A stretch of DNA of 20,000 nucleotides from an uncultured virus (IMG/VR IMGVR_UViG_3300035454_002149) (taxonomy: Duplodnaviria; Heunggongvirae; Uroviricota; Caudoviricetes), in the IMG/VR virus record IMGVR_UViG_3300035454_002149; one strand, 5' to 3'. The first letter of the stretch is position 1. Each line of letters begins with the position of its first letter. Under the pieces are notes generated by a model that was given only the letters and a program-made list of their open reading frames with translations, ran no database searches and was not told the origin of the DNA. Below, piece by piece: positions 17,182-20,000 of this stretch. The translations under genes were made by a program, and so were the position numbers.

Positions 17182-18021
17182 ATGAATTCCAACCCATTAA
17201 GCCAGTATTTCCGGCAACCGGCGATCTATATACGCCTGCCCAGCCAAGGCAGATTCTATCCGCCCGGGTCCATTGATATGCCGGCCAATGGCGAGTTACC
17301 TGTGCTGCCCATGACCACTCTTGACGAGATCACTTACCGCACACCGGATGCGCTGTTCAATGGTCAGGCAGTGGCGTCAGTGATCGAGAGCTGCGTGCCC
17401 AACATCAAGACTGCATGGCAAGTCCCAGCCATGGACATCGACACCATACTCATAGCCATCCGCATCGCGACCTACGGTCACCAGCTAGACGTTGACACAA
17501 AATGCCCAAACTGTGAATCTGAGAACACGTTTGGTGTAGATCTGCGACATGTGCTGGATCGTATCAAAGCACCAGACTATAATCAAACTGTCAAGCACAG
17601 TGATCTGGAGATCTACTTCCGACCCATGACCTACGGCAACATCAATGAAAACAGCCTAGCGCAGTTTGAGGAGCAGAAGTCCTTGCAGATCATCGACGAG
17701 AATACTGAACAGACTGCTGAATCAAGATCGCAACAATTGAGCGAAATACTCCGGCAGATTACCAGCGTCACGGTCAAGGCTTTGGCGCAGAGCATCGCTG
17801 CGGTCAAAACTCCGCAGGCCACTGTGTCTGAATCACAACACATTGAAGAATGGCTGTCCAATTGTGATCGTAAACTGTTTAGCACAATCAGAGACCACAT
17901 CATCAAGATCAAACAATCCGGAGAGATCGCACCGCTGGATTGCCAATGCGGTAGTTGCCAGCATCAGTATCAACAACCTTTGACCTTGAACATGTCAGAT
18001 TTTTTCGAGGCCGCCTCCTGA
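17182..18021 (+). CDS. Baseplate hub/tail assembly chaperone, T4 gp26-like
   Basis: Start at ATG 17182 after AAGGA (MNSNPLSQYFRQP.IYIRLPS.G). Contains PMT..DE, D...ILIAIRIATYG, CPNC, CGSC and a terminal DFF. Confidence 0.75.
   Translation: MNSNPLSQYFRQPAIYIRLPSQGRFYPPGSIDMPANGELPVLPMTTLDEITYRTPDALFNGQAVASVIESCVPNIKTAWQVPAMDIDTILIAIRIATYGHQLDVDTKCPNCESENTFGVDLRHVLDRIKAPDYNQTVKHSDLEIYFRPMTYGNINENSLAQFEEQKSLQIIDENTEQTAESRSQQLSEILRQITSVTVKALAQSIAAVKTPQATVSESQHIEEWLSNCDRKLFSTIRDHIIKIKQSGEIAPLDCQCGSCQHQYQQPLTLNMSDFFEAAS
18000..18006 (+). other. Candidate -1 ribosomal frameshift heptamer T TTT TTC
   Basis: In-frame X XXY YYZ heptamer four codons before the stop; the -1 frame is open into the next ORF. 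Confidence 0.55.
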
Positions 18022-18059
18022 TCCAAACTCCAGATCAGATCGCAGTCACGATCGATCGC

Positions 18060-18236
18060 ATGGAAAAGGAGGCCAAACTCATCCGTGAAGAGGCGTTGAA
18101 AATGTGTTGGTACATGCGCGGCGGTATCACTTATGTTGATGCCATGAATCTCAGTTCAACTGAGAGAGAACTGGTCAGTTCTCTCATCAAAGAAAACCTA
18201 GAGACCACTAAAAAATCCGGGCTACCATTCTTCTAA
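18060..18236 (+). CDS. T4 gp51-like small baseplate assembly protein (possibly made only as a frameshift extension)
   Basis: WYMRGGITYVDAMNLS..ERE pattern after the gp26-like gene; no RBS before ATG 18060. Confidence 0.65.
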   Translation: MEKEAKLIREEALKMCWYMRGGITYVDAMNLSSTERELVSSLIKENLETTKKSGLPFF

Positions 18237-18239
18237 AAT

Positions 18240-18737
18240 ATGGATTTCGTACAAGCAAAGATCGACATAATGAATTGGATCACTGGGTTCGTAGAGCAAC
18301 CCAATGCCAGTCTTGATGGCTGGGCACCATGCCCGCACGCCAGGAAAGCACGCCTGCAGGGTCAACTGGACATACGCCCGGGAGAGATCGACCCTTACAC
18401 CGATCTCATGCACGCCGAACTGGGCAACTACATGGTCATTGGCTATGTGTACGATCCCCAGACTATCGACGCAGACAAGTTTGAAAGCCAGATACGGGCA
18501 GTAAATCAAGGATTTCTTGTGCCCAGGAATATCGTCGCCCTGGCCGATCATCCCCGCAGTCCTGAGATCATCAAAGGTATATCAATGAACCAAGGCACCT
18601 GGGCCATAGCGTTCATACAACCTTTGGACAAGCTGAATCATTTTGCACGCCTAATCGCGGGCAAAGGCTACTACGACGGCTGGCCCGAAGACTACCTGAA
18701 AGGATTGTTTGAGTTCCGCGAGGATCCCAGACAGTGA
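18240..18737 (+). CDS. DUF1415-like protein
   Basis: I..WI..FVE......PCPHARKA and LADHP resemble the CPFA / HP motifs of DUF1415. Confidence 0.5.
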   Translation: MDFVQAKIDIMNWITGFVEQPNASLDGWAPCPHARKARLQGQLDIRPGEIDPYTDLMHAELGNYMVIGYVYDPQTIDADKFESQIRAVNQGFLVPRNIVALADHPRSPEIIKGISMNQGTWAIAFIQPLDKLNHFARLIAGKGYYDGWPEDYLKGLFEFREDPRQ

Positions 18738-19177
18738 GCAGTTATCAGTTTGCACGTATCGATTTGTCCCGGACCAACTACACTGATTCTGTGTACTGGG
18801 CCTATCTCAGCAAGACCGATCACATGATCGATGAATGCCTAGAGATATATCGCAAGTACTGTATCCACAAGCATTTTGCATCGGTGATGCCCATGTTTGC
18901 CAGTAGATTCCTGGACCCCATGGCTGACATCATTGGGTATTATGACAACAACAAAATGGTAGCATTCAGCCTGATACGACGGTTTGACGACGAGAATGCC
19001 TTGTGCGATCAGTTTGCTTGGACATATCACGATCCCAAAAAGAGATTGGGAATCGAGACGATGAAAACAGAATGTGCTATCTACAAGGCTCGGGGGTTCC
19101 GCTATCTCTACCTCGAGCAGGCACATCTGTACAAATCAGAGATAGAAGGATTTGAAATCTTAGGACCAATGACATAA
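18734..19177 (+). CDS. GNAT-fold protein resembling the C-terminal domain of aminoacyl(Arg/Leu)-tRNA-protein transferases (ATE1/Bpt)
   Basis: GYYDNNKMVAFS...FAWTYHDPKKRLGIETMKTECAIYKARGFRYLYL...YK resembles YDP...LG....EI..A...G..Y.YLG...YK. GTG start overlaps the previous TGA. Confidence 0.55.
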   Translation: MSSYQFARIDLSRTNYTDSVYWAYLSKTDHMIDECLEIYRKYCIHKHFASVMPMFASRFLDPMADIIGYYDNNKMVAFSLIRRFDDENALCDQFAWTYHDPKKRLGIETMKTECAIYKARGFRYLYLEQAHLYKSEIEGFEILGPMT

Positions 19178-19512
19178 TGGCAGACTTATACACTATCTGG
19201 GCAGACAAAGAAGGGGATATCTCGGACCTTGATTGGGTCAACGGAATGAAATCATTCTTTGATCATCTCATCAGCGAGGGCAAGATGGAATCATACAGGA
19301 TCACACGTTGCAAGATGGGATTTCGCTCAATCCCAGATCTTCCAGAGTGGATGATCATTATGGAGTTCCAGAACATGGCACAAATGGACGAAGCATTCCG
19401 TCGTGTTGCTCCACTCCAAGGCGAACTTGAAACCAAACATCGGAGTTTCAATCAGTTTGTTTCGGGTAACATCCAACACGCACTCTTCAGAGATTGGCCT
19501 GATAAGTTTTAA
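19177..19512 (+). CDS. Small dimeric alpha/beta-barrel-like protein (DUF6614-like)
   Basis: YTIWAD...D..W......F..L..EGKM..YRITR.K.GF...PEW.I.MEF..MAQMD.AF...H...ALFRDWPD; TAATG overlap with the previous gene. Confidence 0.55.
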   Translation: MADLYTIWADKEGDISDLDWVNGMKSFFDHLISEGKMESYRITRCKMGFRSIPDLPEWMIIMEFQNMAQMDEAFRRVAPLQGELETKHRSFNQFVSGNIQHALFRDWPDKF

Positions 19513-19525
19513 ATTGACCTTATCA

Positions 19526-19599
19526 AGATGTGCTGCGCACATCTATTGACTGCGCTTCGCTTGTCAATGTTTTATAGTTAACGAACGAAGTGAGTTATA
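19526..19599. repeat. Cluster of short inverted repeats containing GCGNAGC-type mini-hairpins
   Basis: AGATGTGC-TGC-GCACATCT (19526-19544), ATTGAC...GTCAAT (19545-19568) enclosing GCTTCGC, and a CGAACGAAGTG element. Confidence 0.65.
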
Positions 19600-19950
19600 C
19601 AGTATCATCCAGATGCAATGGTCACACTAAGCCCAGAATCGGGCCAAGGGTGTTTTAGCATCATCCGAGTGCTAACAGTCACACAGCGTTATGGCATTAC
19701 AGAGGCGGTCGTCCGGTACCTCGAGCCACGTCTTCAACGACGGCGGTTGCTATACGAACGCTATCTCGCATCGCAACGTGCAGGTTCTCCCTGCTCTTTT
19801 TGCCTTTTATCCTTTTCCAACAACCAAATCGCAGGGCTTACAAAGCGATCGTCATCCTTTCGGGCAGTGGTTGAGTGCTCGCTGGCGCGGCGAGGCTTCC
19901 GTCCCTGCGATCCAGGATCCAGGTCAAGGGCACACGATGTTGGCCTGTGC
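19600..19950 (-). ncRNA. Candidate large structured non-coding RNA (unclassified)
   Basis: No credible ORF; at least eight helices found by eye, including a 9-bp long-range pair. Strand inferred from G-U pairs, a GAAA tetraloop and the orientation of the upstream gene. Confidence 0.5.
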
Positions 19951-20000
19951 TAGCCGTTGTTGCCTAATTTGCCTTTGATGTGAGAGCCGTGGACTCGAAC
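19950..20000 (-). CDS. 3' end of a gene entering from the right, probably a Seg-like GIY-YIG endonuclease-family protein
   Basis: Reads ...VRVHGSHIKGKLGNNG*. VRVHGSHI recalls the C-terminus of small phage GIY-YIG proteins, but only 16 codons are visible. Confidence 0.35.
   Translation of the reverse strand, partial: VRVHGSHIKGKLGNNG

Noticed and set aside
19618..19978. Plus-strand ORFs of 111 and 95 aa in the terminal region
   Set aside because: They have no RBS or promoter and an atypical composition; the region is better explained by secondary structure.
19981..20000. GTTCGAGTCC on the minus strand resembling a tRNA T-loop
   Set aside because: No CCA or convincing acceptor end follows, and the same bases read as VRVHGSHI in an open frame. 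It cannot be fully excluded because the upstream sequence is outside the window.
19600..20000. Group I intron 3' half following an endonuclease ORF
   Set aside because: I could not find the P7/R/S core motifs, and there is no downstream exon on the minus strand.

Overview
This window comes from a large T4-like (Tevenvirinae-style) tailed phage and covers the virion morphogenesis region. The minus strand carries, in transcription order: a tape-measure-like protein with a lytic-transglycosylase-like domain, then portal (gp20), a small protein, an acidic prohead core protein, protease (gp21), scaffold (gp22) and major capsid protein (gp23). These are followed by an HNH/NUMOD3 homing endonuclease and a run of virion/fibre genes with 17-aa Gly-Asn-Thr repeats. 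Two glycosyltransferase-like genes (TPR-GT9-like and GT42/Maf-like) sit among the structural genes. On the plus strand are a gp26-like/gp51-like pair joined by a candidate -1 frameshift (T TTT TTC) and a coupled three-gene operon (DUF1415-like, aminoacyl-tRNA-protein-transferase-like, alpha/beta barrel). The window ends in a ~430-nt highly structured non-coding region downstream of a probable GIY-YIG gene end. T4-late-type (A)TAAATA promoter motifs precede most genes. All calls rest on motif recognition by eye; no searches or folding programs were run.
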